Source: a virus (taxonomy: Duplodnaviria; Caudoviricetes). From it: a DNA stretch of 64,000 bases. The number at the start of each line of letters is the position of its first letter. Positions within the stretch are counted from its first letter, which is position 1. The stretch is taken from IMG/VR virus record IMGVR_UViG_3300027759_000043. One strand, given 5' to 3'. This document shows, piece after piece, positions 1-10,398 of the stretch. Below the pieces are notes generated by a model, which worked only from the letters and a program-made list of their open reading frames with translations, had not been told where the DNA came from and made no database searches. A program made the position numbers and the translations under genes.

Positions 1-3000
1 GGCAATATTATTGTCAAAGCAAGTGCTAATCTTACAACACCAAACATTGGTGCGGCAACCGGTACAAGTCTAAGCACAACCGGCAACGTTGATGCAGGTA
101 ATTTTAACACTGGTGGCCTGGTAAGTTCTACCGGCAATGTAATAGGTGGCAACATCACAACAGGCGGTGTGATCACAGCAACTGGTAACATCACAAGTAG
201 TGCTAATATTGCCGGTGGCAACTTGCTCACAGGTGGATTGATTAGTTCCACTGGTACTGTCACTGGTTCTACATTGATTGGTTCAGTTGTCACAGCAAGT
301 GGTAACGTAACTGGTGGCAATTTGTTGACAGGTGGATTAATATCTGCAACGTCAACAATCACAAGTTCAGCCAACATCACTGGCGGTAACATCTTAACAG
401 GTGGATTGATTAGTTCAACTGGTACAATCACTAGTGCGGCGAACGTCAACGGCAACAATGTAATTGCTACTACTATTGTCAACGCACCAAGTTTAACCGG
501 TACTATTGCATCATTGAGTGGTAACGTAACTGGTGGCAATGTTTTAACTGGTGGTTTGATCTCTGCTACTTCTGATATTACCGGTGGAAACTTGTTGACA
601 GGTGGCATAGTATCTGCAACAGCCAATATTCTTGGTGGCAACATTTTAACTGCTGGTCAAATAAGTGCAGTTGGTAATATTACCGCTAACACAGGCTCAT
701 TCTTTATTGGTAACGGCTCGCAACTAACAGGTGTTACTGCTACCTCAGCAGGCTTCCCAATCACAGCAGGAACTTCAAACATTGCAGGTGCCACTAACGG
801 TAATATTGGTATCACCATAGGTGGTGCAAGTAATGTGGGACTTTTCACTGGTGCAGGTCTACTGGTAACTGGTTTAATCAGTGCAAACGGCAACGTAACT
901 GGTGGTAACGTAAACACAGGCGGTGCAGTCTCGGCAACTGCCAATATCACAGGCGGTAACGTACTGACTGGTGGATTAATTAGTGCTACTGCCAACGTTG
1001 TTGGTGGTAACTTGATAACTGGTGGGTTGATCTCTGCTACATCAACAATCACTAGTGCTGCCAACATCACTGGTGGTAATGTGCTAACTGCAGGACTAGT
1101 GTCAGCAACTGGTAATGTGACTGGTAACTACATCTTGGGTAATGGTGCATTCCTAAGTGGAGTTATTACATCAGTAGCCAATATCAACAATGGTACATCA
1201 AACGTTAGTATCTATGCGGCCAATGCCAACGTGGCAGTCAGTGTTGGTGGAACATCAAACGTAGCCGTATTTGCCACTACTGGTGAATACATTAATGGAC
1301 TGTTGAGTGTGAGTGGTAATGTAACAGGCGGCAATGTGTTGACAGGTGGCTTAATCAGTTCAACTGGAACTATTACCAGCGCAGCCAATATTGCCGGTGG
1401 CAACTTGTTGACAGGTGGATTGATCAGTTCAACTGGTACAGTCACTGGTTCAAGTTTCCTGGGCAGTGTGGTCAGTGTAAGCGGTAACGTAACTGGTGGT
1501 AACATTACCACAACTGGTTTGATCAGTACCTCAGGTAACATTGCTGGTGGTAACATACTCACCAACAACTATTTTTATGCCAACGGAACTCCAGTTCCTC
1601 CTGGCATAATATACACAGCCAATACAGCACCTCCTACAACTCCAAATCCTAAAGTGACCGACCAGTGGTATAACACTTCAACGGATGTGTTGTACGAGTA
1701 CCTTTATGATGGCACAAGTAATTACTGGGTCGATGTATCCAGCCCTGCATTTGCTGGCGGAGTGGTTGCCAACGTGGCAATTTCCGGTAGCCTGTTGGTC
1801 AATGCCAATGCCACATACGACATTGGTAGTTCAAGTCAATCATTTGCCAATGTGTATGCTGTGAACTACTATGGTAACGGTGCTTCACTTAGCGGCATTA
1901 TTACAAGTGTAAGCAACATCAACAACGGCACATCAAACGTTACAGTGAATGGGTCTGGTGGTAACGTCACAACCTCAGTGGGTGGCACATCAAATGTGAT
2001 GGTGGTCACACCAACTTTGGTCTCGATCACAGGTGACTTGAGTGTGTCAGGCAATGCCACACTGAGTGGTAACATCCTGGGCGATCGCATACAGAATGGC
2101 ACAACACAGATTGACATTCAGTCACCAAACGGCAATGCCAATATCACAATTGCTGGCACAAGTAACACTGCTGTGTTTAGTACAACTGCATTGACTTTGG
2201 CAACTAACTTCTTGCCAAGTGCCAACATCACTTATGATTTAGGTTCAACATCACAGCGTTGGAAAGACTTGTGGTTGAGCAACAGCACAATTTATTTGGG
2301 CAACGCTCAAATCAGTGCCAACGCCACAGCAATTGTGCTGACCAACCCAGCAGGTGGAACCACAGTATTAGCCGGTGCAACCGCAACATCCAGCGTGGCT
2401 GGTAACGTTACAGGTGGCAACATCTTGACAGGTGGATTGATATCAGCAACTGGCAATATTACTGGTGGTAATTTGTCAGGTACTAATATTGTTGGTACGC
2501 TAACTACTGCCGCACAAACTAATATTACAAGTGTTGGTACTTTGGGTTCATTGGCTGTGACAGCCAACGTAACTGGTGGCAATATCTTGACAGGTGGACT
2601 AATCAGTTCTACTGGTACAATCACTGGTACAAGTCATTTAGGTAGTGTAGTTTCTGTAACAGCCAACGTAACCGGTGGCAATTTGTTGACAGGTGGACTA
2701 ATATCAGCAACCGGTAACGTAAACGTAGGCAACTTGATCAATGCAGGTCTTACAAGTGTTACTGGTAATATCACCGGTGGCAACTTGTTGACAGGTGGAT
2801 TGATATCAGCAACTGGCGCAATACAGGTCGGTGGAGACATAAGCCTAGTAGGTAACATCGTTGATACTGGCGCATTGACTGTTAGTACTTCGAGCAATGG
2901 CAACATTACTTTAAGTCCAAATGGTACAGGTGTAATTATTGTTAACAAAGACATAGTTAACGGTCAAGGCAACGCCGTTGGTAACATCGGTAGTTCCAGC

Positions 3001-3423
3001 GTTTACTTCAACAGATTGTTTGCTCAAGCAACCACAGCACTCTACGCTGACTTGGCAGAGAACTACGTAGGCGATGCTGACTACGCTTCTGGTACTGTTT
3101 TAGATTTTGGTGGCACACAAGAAGTTACTATAAGTACTGTAGATTCCAGCAAGCGGGTTGCTGGTGTGGTTTCAACAAATCCGGCTCACTTGATGAACGC
3201 AGGAGTCGTTGGTGAACATGTGGTCACAGTGGCATTGATTGGTCGTGTACCAGTCAGTGTAACAGGCACAGTACGCAAAGGTGACTTGATGGTCAGTGCT
3301 GGAGACGGCACCGCCAGAGCAGTTACAATTACAAGTCCAAAAGTAGGTACTATAATTGGTAAATCACTAGAAGACTTCGACGGCGACAAAGGCACAATTG
3401 AAATCGTGATTGGCAAGCATTAA
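1..3423 (+). CDS. Gly/Thr/Asn-repeat tail fibre or virion fibre protein, 5'-truncated, with C-terminal Peptidase_G2-like intramolecular chaperone domain
   Basis: Frame 1 is open from base 1 (the ORF track starts at internal GTG 169). Many GN(I/V)TGGNLLTGGLISAT repeats. C-terminus ADLAENY...VAGVVST.PA..MN...GRVPV...GTIIGKSLE. Confidence 0.75.
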   Translation, partial: GNIIVKASANLTTPNIGAATGTSLSTTGNVDAGNFNTGGLVSSTGNVIGGNITTGGVITATGNITSSANIAGGNLLTGGLISSTGTVTGSTLIGSVVTASGNVTGGNLLTGGLISATSTITSSANITGGNILTGGLISSTGTITSAANVNGNNVIATTIVNAPSLTGTIASLSGNVTGGNVLTGGLISATSDITGGNLLTGGIVSATANILGGNILTAGQISAVGNITANTGSFFIGNGSQLTGVTATSAGFPITAGTSNIAGATNGNIGITIGGASNVGLFTGAGLLVTGLISANGNVTGGNVNTGGAVSATANITGGNVLTGGLISATANVVGGNLITGGLISATSTITSAANITGGNVLTAGLVSATGNVTGNYILGNGAFLSGVITSVANINNGTSNVSIYAANANVAVSVGGTSNVAVFATTGEYINGLLSVSGNVTGGNVLTGGLISSTGTITSAANIAGGNLLTGGLISSTGTVTGSSFLGSVVSVSGNVTGGNITTTGLISTSGNIAGGNILTNNYFYANGTPVPPGIIYTANTAPPTTPNPKVTDQWYNTSTDVLYEYLYDGTSNYWVDVSSPAFAGGVVANVAISGSLLVNANATYDIGSSSQSFANVYAVNYYGNGASLSGIITSVSNINNGTSNVTVNGSGGNVTTSVGGTSNVMVVTPTLVSITGDLSVSGNATLSGNILGDRIQNGTTQIDIQSPNGNANITIAGTSNTAVFSTTALTLATNFLPSANITYDLGSTSQRWKDLWLSNSTIYLGNAQISANATAIVLTNPAGGTTVLAGATATSSVAGNVTGGNILTGGLISATGNITGGNLSGTNIVGTLTTAAQTNITSVGTLGSLAVTANVTGGNILTGGLISSTGTITGTSHLGSVVSVTANVTGGNLLTGGLISATGNVNVGNLINAGLTSVTGNITGGNLLTGGLISATGAIQVGGDISLVGNIVDTGALTVSTSSNGNITLSPNGTGVIIVNKDIVNGQGNAVGNIGSSSVYFNRLFAQATTALYADLAENYVGDADYASGTVLDFGGTQEVTISTVDSSKRVAGVVSTNPAHLMNAGVVGEHVVTVALIGRVPVSVTGTVRKGDLMVSAGDGTARAVTITSPKVGTIIGKSLEDFDGDKGTIEIVIGKH

Positions 3424-3434
3424 AAGGATAGCGA

Positions 3435-5597
3435 ATGGCCTTTCCAACGTCGCCGACGAACGGGCAAACGGTAGTTGTTAACAACGTTTCGTATCAGTAC
3501 TCGAACGTTAGCAACTCCTGGACCCGCATCCTCTCAACGGCCAACATCATCACGGCCAATACTGTTGTTTCTAATGGCTATATCAGTGCGGCCGGCAACA
3601 TCCTAACAGGCAATTACTTTATTGGTAACGGTGCGTTACTCACAGGTATTTCTACAAATCCTGCGGCCATAACCAATGGTACAAGTAATGTAAGTGTAGT
3701 AAGTTCAGGCGGCAACGTTAGTGTTGGCATTGGTGGCACGGGCAATGTGGCTGTGTTTGCCACAACAGGTGAATATGTTACTGGTATCGTAAGTGCCAGC
3801 GGTAACATTATATCGGCAGGCAATGTCACTGGTGGGAATTTATTAACTGCTGGATTGGTTAGTGTTACTGGCACGCTCAGTGTAAGTGGAGCAACCACAC
3901 TTGCTAATCTCAGCGCAGGTAATATTTCAGCAGGTGGCATAAGTTCTGGCGGAGCAGTTAGTGCCGCTGGCAACATCACAGGTGGTAATTTATCAGGTAC
4001 TAATATTGCGGGTACACTGATCACAGCCGCTCAAACTAATATCACAAGCGTTGGCACATTAGGCTCATTGGCTGTTACTGCTAACGTTACAGGTGGCAAC
4101 TTGTTGACAGGTGGACTAATCAGTGCTACATCAACTATCACTGGATCACAATTTAATGGATCAGGTGCTGGATTAACCAGTATACCGGGCGCCAACGTCA
4201 CAGGCACATTGAGCATTCCAACAACAAGTTATGCTGCCACAGTATCAGGTAACGCACAAGCAAACATTACCTCGGTTGGCACACTAACATCATTGGCGGT
4301 GACTGCCAACGTTACAGGTGGTAATTTGTTGACTGGTGGGTTGATCACAGCAACCGGTAACGTAACCGGTGGTAACTTGTTGACAGGTGGATTGGTTAGT
4401 GCCACTGCTAACATTATAGCCAATAATGGTATGTTCACTAACATTGTTAACGTGGCAAGTCATACAGGTGCTGTGGTCAGTGTTAGTGGTAATGTAACTG
4501 CCGGTAACATATTAACAGGCGGATTGATATCCGCTACAGGTAATATCACAGGTGGAAATATAACTATTCCAGGGTCGGCCAACATATCTACCTTTATAGG
4601 TAATGTTTTCTTTGGCTCTATCCCGGCACAGCCAACATGGTATACTATTGCCCCATTAAATCTTAACAACAGTTTGGCAGCGGCAACAAAAGTTCAGTTA
4701 AATCTAATTAACACAGGTGGCGGCGCAGGCGCTGGGTCAGCAATTGATTTCTACACTTATCAAATTTCAGTTGCCGCGGCCAACGCAGAAGCCAGAATAG
4801 CCGGAATTGATGATGGTAACTATTCAGCCTATCTCAGTCTTCAAACAAAAACTCCCGGTAGTGTCGGCACTAATGGACTGGTTGAACGAGTAAAAATTGA
4901 TTCAACTGGTGCATCAGTAGTTGCCAACATAACCGGTGGCAACATCTTGACCGGTGGGCTAATAAGTGCCGCTAGTACCATAACTGGCACAAGTCACTTG
5001 GGTACAGTAGTATCTGTTACAGCAAATATAACTGGTGGCAACATACTGACAGCAGGATTGATATCTGCTACATCAACAATTACCTCAGCAGCCAACATTA
5101 CTGGTGGTAATTTGCTCACAGCAGGTATACTCACAGCCACTGGCAACGTAATTTCAGTTGCCAACATAATTGGTGGTAATATTACCACAGCAGGCCTAGT
5201 TACAGCAACGGGTAATATCACTGGTGGTAACTTACTCACAGTTGGACAAATTTCAGCAACCGGCAATATCACTGGTAATTATTACATTGGTAACGGTGCG
5301 TTTTTAACTGGGCTTAATGCAGGTGCTGCCAGCCAAATTGCCAACGGTGCCACAACTATCAGCATACCGCAGGCTTCGGGCAACATTGCCATGAACGTGG
5401 CAGGTGCGTCAAATACTGTGGTTATTAACCTGGGCAGTTTGACCATGTACGGTACATTTGCAGGGCCAAAAACACTGAGTGCTAATGTAGCAGTGGCAGA
5501 TTCTGTAAATGCCCTGTTGCTGGGCCCAGTCACATTAGGGAATGGGTTTAATATTTCAGTACCCGACTCATCAACGCTATATGTTTACGCACCATAA
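3435..5597 (+). CDS. Repeat-rich virion fibre protein (paralog 2, no chaperone domain)
   Basis: SD aagga. N-terminus MAFPTSPTNGQ is typical of large-phage structural proteins. Same repeat unit as the flanking genes. Confidence 0.7.
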   Translation: MAFPTSPTNGQTVVVNNVSYQYSNVSNSWTRILSTANIITANTVVSNGYISAAGNILTGNYFIGNGALLTGISTNPAAITNGTSNVSVVSSGGNVSVGIGGTGNVAVFATTGEYVTGIVSASGNIISAGNVTGGNLLTAGLVSVTGTLSVSGATTLANLSAGNISAGGISSGGAVSAAGNITGGNLSGTNIAGTLITAAQTNITSVGTLGSLAVTANVTGGNLLTGGLISATSTITGSQFNGSGAGLTSIPGANVTGTLSIPTTSYAATVSGNAQANITSVGTLTSLAVTANVTGGNLLTGGLITATGNVTGGNLLTGGLVSATANIIANNGMFTNIVNVASHTGAVVSVSGNVTAGNILTGGLISATGNITGGNITIPGSANISTFIGNVFFGSIPAQPTWYTIAPLNLNNSLAAATKVQLNLINTGGGAGAGSAIDFYTYQISVAAANAEARIAGIDDGNYSAYLSLQTKTPGSVGTNGLVERVKIDSTGASVVANITGGNILTGGLISAASTITGTSHLGTVVSVTANITGGNILTAGLISATSTITSAANITGGNLLTAGILTATGNVISVANIIGGNITTAGLVTATGNITGGNLLTVGQISATGNITGNYYIGNGAFLTGLNAGAASQIANGATTISIPQASGNIAMNVAGASNTVVINLGSLTMYGTFAGPKTLSANVAVADSVNALLLGPVTLGNGFNISVPDSSTLYVYAP

Positions 5598-5618
5598 ATA
5601 CAATCGAGGACAGGTTTC

Positions 5619-7178
5619 ATGGCATTATCACTAGACGGTACAACAGGAATATCAGCAACAGGCAATATCATATCCAGTGGGGGTATTATCTCTGCCACTG
5701 GCAATATCTATGGCGGAAACATTATTGGTACACTAGTTGTTTCTAGTGCTACATTTTCAGGCAACGTCTCAGCAGGTAATCTGCTAACTGGTGGGTTGAT
5801 TAGTTCCACAGGTACAATTACTGGCACAAGCCATTTGGGTTCAGTGGTATCTGTAACAGCCAACGTTACAGGTGGTAACATCTTGACTGGTGGATTGATA
5901 TCTGCAGCCGCCAACGTAACTGCCCCTTATTTTATCGGTAATGGTGCCGCATTAAGTGGACTCAGCGCCAGCAAAATATTTAACGGCACAAGTGAAGCCA
6001 ATATTGGCACAAGTGGCGGTAACGCCAACATCACAATTGGTGGTACATCAAATGTGTTTGTTGTAGCATCAACTGGAATCTATACAACTGGTTTATCCAG
6101 TGTAAGTGGCAACATAACTAGTGCTAACTTCTTAACAGGTGGATTGATCAGTGCAACTGGCAACGTTACAGGTGGTAATTTGTCAGGTACTAACATTGTT
6201 GGTACGCTAACCACAGTCGCACAAACCAACATTACATCAGTTGGTACTTTGGGTTCATTGGCTGTAACAGCCAACGTTACAGGTGGTAATTTGTTGACAG
6301 GTGGATTAATTAGTGCTACTAGTACAATCACTGGTACAAGTCATCTAGGCTCAGTGGTTTCTGTTACTGCCAACGTTACAGGTGGTAATTTGTTGACAGG
6401 TGGCCTGATTAGTGCCGCAGGCGCTCTCATAACAGGTGGCGACCATAGTTTAACCGGCAACATTGTTGACACCGGCACATTGTGGATTAACACCACTTCT
6501 AACGGTAACATCAACTTGAACCCTAACGGCTCAGGACAAACCAATATACCGGTTGGTATACTCAGTGTCACTGCCAACGTAATTGGTGGTAACATTCTAA
6601 CTGCTGGACTAATGAGTTCAACAGGCAATGCTGTTCATTCAAACGTGATCATTAATGGCACAGCCGCCTTAGGTAGCGGTGTGTTAATCGTTTCAGGCAA
6701 CATTCAAACCAGTACTGCCAACGCCACAGCCAACATTGGCAACGCCAGCAACTATTTCAACAGATTGTTTGCTCAAGCAACCACAGCACTCTATGCTGAC
6801 TTGGCCGAAGTTTATAAAGCCGATGCGCAATATCCTCCAGGTACTGTAGTAGTATTTGGTGGCACACAAGAAGTCACCATGAGCACGGTGACTCATGACA
6901 ACAAAATTGCCGGGGTAGTATCTACACACCCAGCACACGTGATGAATTCAGGACTGCAATCAGAATTTACAGTGGAAGTTGGCTTGATTGGCCGTGTGCC
7001 ATGTCGGGTGATTGGTCCAATCACAGCAGGTGATCGTGTGGTATCTAGCAACCGTGCTGGTGTTGCTGAACGCTTAGATATGAGCAAATATCAACCAGGT
7101 GTGATCATTGGCAAAGCACTAGAAAGTTACTCCAGTACCGATATTGGTACAATTGAAGTTGTGGTTGGCAGACTATAA
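5619..7178 (+). CDS. Repeat-rich fibre protein (paralog 3) with Peptidase_G2-like C-terminal domain
   Basis: TAAATA at 5595 and SD gagga. Same repeats. C-terminus ADLAEVY...IAGVVSTHPAHVMN...GRVPC...GVIIGKALE. Confidence 0.75.
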   Translation: MALSLDGTTGISATGNIISSGGIISATGNIYGGNIIGTLVVSSATFSGNVSAGNLLTGGLISSTGTITGTSHLGSVVSVTANVTGGNILTGGLISAAANVTAPYFIGNGAALSGLSASKIFNGTSEANIGTSGGNANITIGGTSNVFVVASTGIYTTGLSSVSGNITSANFLTGGLISATGNVTGGNLSGTNIVGTLTTVAQTNITSVGTLGSLAVTANVTGGNLLTGGLISATSTITGTSHLGSVVSVTANVTGGNLLTGGLISAAGALITGGDHSLTGNIVDTGTLWINTTSNGNINLNPNGSGQTNIPVGILSVTANVIGGNILTAGLMSSTGNAVHSNVIINGTAALGSGVLIVSGNIQTSTANATANIGNASNYFNRLFAQATTALYADLAEVYKADAQYPPGTVVVFGGTQEVTMSTVTHDNKIAGVVSTHPAHVMNSGLQSEFTVEVGLIGRVPCRVIGPITAGDRVVSSNRAGVAERLDMSKYQPGVIIGKALESYSSTDIGTIEVVVGRL

Positions 7179-7601
7179 CGTCTGTTCCACTTGCTGAATC
7201 TTTTGCTGAACAGCATCTAAATTTACAGTGTTCCACAAGCCAGGATGTAAAGGTCTTGGCCAACGTCCAGATTCAATCCAGGCATAGCCTGTGTGTTCGT
7301 GATTTAGATCAGGTACAAACTCATAGTCTACCCTGCACCAAAAAGTATGATACTCAAACGCACCATCTGGTGATGTGAATTTTTCTATGGGTATCAAGCG
7401 TTCGTAATCAGGCACACTGCCCAGTTCTTCACTGCATTCGCGTTCCACTGCCACAAGAAGATTTTCGCCCGACTCAACCTTGCCTCCGGCCAGGCCCCAG
7501 GTGTCAGGATACTTGACATCATTTCTTAAGAGATAGAGGTACCGTTGTGTTCTACCACAGTAGAACCACACCCCAACGGCCTTTACAATATCAGATTCCA
7601 C
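7173..7601 (-). CDS. NUDIX hydrolase
   Basis: Nudix box GGKVESGENLLVAVERECSEELG. Start placed at GTG 7601, overlapping the end of the gp15-like gene (the ORF-track start at 7667 is probably too long). Confidence 0.85.
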   Translation of the reverse strand: MESDIVKAVGVWFYCGRTQRYLYLLRNDVKYPDTWGLAGGKVESGENLLVAVERECSEELGSVPDYERLIPIEKFTSPDGAFEYHTFWCRVDYEFVPDLNHEHTGYAWIESGRWPRPLHPGLWNTVNLDAVQQKIQQVEQTL

Positions 7602-8998
7602 GAGCCCCCAGCATACAAGCCATCGATGCTTTTGACCCAAGCACCACCAGTTGTGCCAGTAGTCCACTTGTATTGAATGGCGGTGGTAAGATTGGTTACA
7701 TACTGTACTTCAGTGTCAGTTAAACTGTTAAATGCTATTATCCATCTAACACCATCAAATTCAATAATGTCATTGGCATTGGCCAACAAAGGTTGTCCCC
7801 CGGCACCCAGCCAACCCATGGGGTTTTGTGCGTTATCAGTATTGCCAGTCGCTTCAGTAATCAAATAACGTTGACCTAGGACTGGTGCAGGTAATCCGTT
7901 GTTGGGGCCACTCAACAAAGGGTTGATCACTGAATTTACAGGAAGCAAAGTATTTTGCGGTGCAGTGTCTGGATCAATGTTGAAAATAAACAATCTATCA
8001 TCTGCAGGATTCAGTGTAATAGTTCCCACAATGCTGGAGTCAGGATTCCAAGGGTTATCCAAGGTAATATAACTAATACCGGGACGTAACACCCCATAGG
8101 CTTCAACCACAGCAGGCCAAGTGATTTGTGGATTTTCCACAATAGGGAATGTAAACGGTGACAAACTCAATCGGTTGGGTATAACCACCTCGGCAGGTTG
8201 TAGGATTTGCAACTGCCCGTCTAACAACACCACTTGATAATTCCAAGGAGTGACCTTGAGCCGTGTGCCCAACAACAAGTCGTTGTCCAGGATAGCGTTG
8301 GCAGCATCACCATTAGCGTCAAATATACTTGCAATCACACGTTCGACCACGCCCAGTTTCTTGACCTTGGCTGGCGAAGATATCCAGATAGGAATACCAA
8401 ACGTTAACGTCATAATATCAATAGGATTTTCTGTGCCCACCGGAATGGTTCTTGAACTCCAGTTTACTCGTTCTAGATTTACCACACTCAAACTGGTCCA
8501 GTCAATATAGTTTTCCGAACTTTGAATTTCCAGGCTAGGATTGAATAGTGTGGCAATTTGTTCAAAGATCTGCATTTTTTGGTTAGTGTTACTAGTCCAG
8601 ATGTCCATACTGATAGTCATGTTGTACGGTACAGGCATAAGTCGTTCAACAGTAAATGCATTGCCTTGTGTGGTATCGTATGTGTCTGTGGCAGGATCAT
8701 AAGTGCGTTGACGAACCTGCATTTTGTTCACATGATATGGCTCTTGCATTCTAGGACGATCATAGTCCATACCAGTGATGTAAAATGTTATCAGCGGAGT
8801 TGATGGCAGTGCATTGGCTGAGTTCTGTTGCATGATGACGGCGGCCTGACGACTAGCATCACCATAACGCACAGGTACACGTACTAGATCTTTTGTGCCT
8901 TGCTCATTGCGTCCATACTCTACTTGGAACAGACTGACCATGCGTGTGAACTGTAGCAGGTATCTGCGTATTTGCTCATCATAATAGAACATTTGCAT
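7583..8998 (-). CDS. gp15: Tail sheath stabiliser/terminator (T4 gp15-like) with C-terminal extension
   Basis: FYYDEQIRRYLLQF, VPVRYGDASRQ, MPVPYNM..MDIWTSN..QKMQIFEQI..LFNP pattern. Lies next to a gp14-like gene. Confidence 0.7.
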   Translation of the reverse strand: MQMFYYDEQIRRYLLQFTRMVSLFQVEYGRNEQGTKDLVRVPVRYGDASRQAAVIMQQNSANALPSTPLITFYITGMDYDRPRMQEPYHVNKMQVRQRTYDPATDTYDTTQGNAFTVERLMPVPYNMTISMDIWTSNTNQKMQIFEQIATLFNPSLEIQSSENYIDWTSLSVVNLERVNWSSRTIPVGTENPIDIMTLTFGIPIWISSPAKVKKLGVVERVIASIFDANGDAANAILDNDLLLGTRLKVTPWNYQVVLLDGQLQILQPAEVVIPNRLSLSPFTFPIVENPQITWPAVVEAYGVLRPGISYITLDNPWNPDSSIVGTITLNPADDRLFIFNIDPDTAPQNTLLPVNSVINPLLSGPNNGLPAPVLGQRYLITEATGNTDNAQNPMGWLGAGGQPLLANANDIIEFDGVRWIIAFNSLTDTEVQYVTNLTTAIQYKWTTGTTGGAWVKSIDGLYAGGSWNLIL

Positions 8999-9001
8999 AA
9001 A

Positions 9002-10378
9002 TTAACTCGATGGTTGATAAGGTTGCGTTGGCGGATACGGATTAGGCGGCTCAACGTTGCCACCATTGTCGCCATTGGCCGCATTGGGTTGTAACGCCTG
9101 GCTCAAACTTTGACGACTTGGAATGTTGCCCATGTCTGAAGTTGGCGTAGTGTATGTATTGTTAACGAAACTACTGCGTAAAGTATTGTTGGTGGCTCCA
9201 GGCGTGAGTTGAGTACGTACATCGCTTTCGATCTTGACCCATGATCTGCCGTTAAAGCGGAACAGTCGATTGGGGAAGTAGTCCAATCGCAAAGCGTATT
9301 GTCCAGCGAGAGGATTTACCGGGAAGTTTACGCCGGCTGTGACTGGCAAGCCATTGGGTGCCTTGCCATCGCCTGTGAGATAGCCTGCAGTATACCCATC
9401 ACCTCGAGGTGAGTTACCATCATTGGCCACGGTTCTTGATGCGTCAGTTATGGTGTAGTCTGCGGTGTAAGTTGCATTGGTAGGATTAGCAGGTGTGCCA
9501 TCTAAATTGGTGGCCACAATGTAAAACTTCACAACATCAAATCCTGACTTGGGTATTTCTGCTTCGGCTTGAATTAGAATAGCATCATTGATTTGCAAGT
9601 CTTTGGGTCTAGTACTCATCTTGTCTGCTAGAGTAGCAGGATTAGATTTTTCTTGCCAATATTGAGTATTGGTGATATCTGTACCTGGCGGCACATTTTT
9701 AGTACTGATATAATATTTGTCGCCGTAGAGCACAGTGGTACCACCTGGATAAAAGTTTCCATCATCCCAAATGTTAATGGGTTCAAAAGGTTCTTTGGTA
9801 ATCTCATTGAATTCTTGAGCATTGACCATGGGGGTACATTTTACTCGCCACAAGTGAGGCAACCAAGTCTGTGAAAAACCTTCTGACGCAAACGCCGCGT
9901 CCTGAATCACATAGAATCTGGGCAATGCTCGTGGTATAGTTTCATTTAACGGATTGTAATCTCGCAAGTTGGGTAATTCTAGCACATCACCACTCATGAG
10001 TTTGCGACCCATGGTGTCAATCATGTTGTTGTAGTGAAATGTAATGAACAAGGTATCGTTGTTTAAGAACAATCCAAATTGCGTTAGATCAAAATCAATG
10101 TCTTGTGTTTGATAAACACCACGCATGACATACACATCAGGATCATACTTGCGATCTCGATTCTCCAGCAACAACAAATCTTCAATAAACAACGGATTGG
10201 ATTCTGTGTACTTGGGCAAAGTAGCATCATTATCGCCCTCGTTGTCGTTGGTGAGTGGGCCCATGTACTTGTGTAGATACATATCTACCCCACCCACCTG
10301 ATACATTTCGGATATGGTTCGGTCAAAGAACTGGTAATCGTTGGTTCGGTTAGGACGGTATAAACTTAGGCGTGGCAT
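9002..10378 (-). CDS. gp14: Neck/head-closure protein (T4 gp14-like), extended
   Basis: ISEMYQVGGVDMYLHKY, LLLENRDRKYD, DFDLTQFGLFL. TAAATA motif on the minus strand at 10385-10390. Confidence 0.65.
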   Translation of the reverse strand: MPRLSLYRPNRTNDYQFFDRTISEMYQVGGVDMYLHKYMGPLTNDNEGDNDATLPKYTESNPLFIEDLLLLENRDRKYDPDVYVMRGVYQTQDIDFDLTQFGLFLNNDTLFITFHYNNMIDTMGRKLMSGDVLELPNLRDYNPLNETIPRALPRFYVIQDAAFASEGFSQTWLPHLWRVKCTPMVNAQEFNEITKEPFEPINIWDDGNFYPGGTTVLYGDKYYISTKNVPPGTDITNTQYWQEKSNPATLADKMSTRPKDLQINDAILIQAEAEIPKSGFDVVKFYIVATNLDGTPANPTNATYTADYTITDASRTVANDGNSPRGDGYTAGYLTGDGKAPNGLPVTAGVNFPVNPLAGQYALRLDYFPNRLFRFNGRSWVKIESDVRTQLTPGATNNTLRSSFVNNTYTTPTSDMGNIPSRQSLSQALQPNAANGDNGGNVEPPNPYPPTQPYQPSS

Positions 10379-10398
10379 AACTTGTATTTATGGGCAGG

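Noticed and set aside
657-6628. Many minus-strand ORFs rich in PPV/LPP over the fibre genes
   Set aside because: Antisense shadows of the repetitive GGN/AAC/ACN coding strand; no SD or promoter, and they mirror the repeat unit.
1-7178. Diversity-generating retroelement or CRISPR-like array as an explanation for the repeats
   Set aside because: The repeats are in-frame, degenerate at synonymous sites and have no spacers; no reverse transcriptase, adenine-specific TR/VR pair or cas gene is seen in the window.
1-7178. Ice-binding/ice-nucleation function for the Thr-rich repeats
   Set aside because: TxT motifs are irregular and the AGYGSTxT-type periodicity is absent; fibre context and chaperone domains explain the sequence better.
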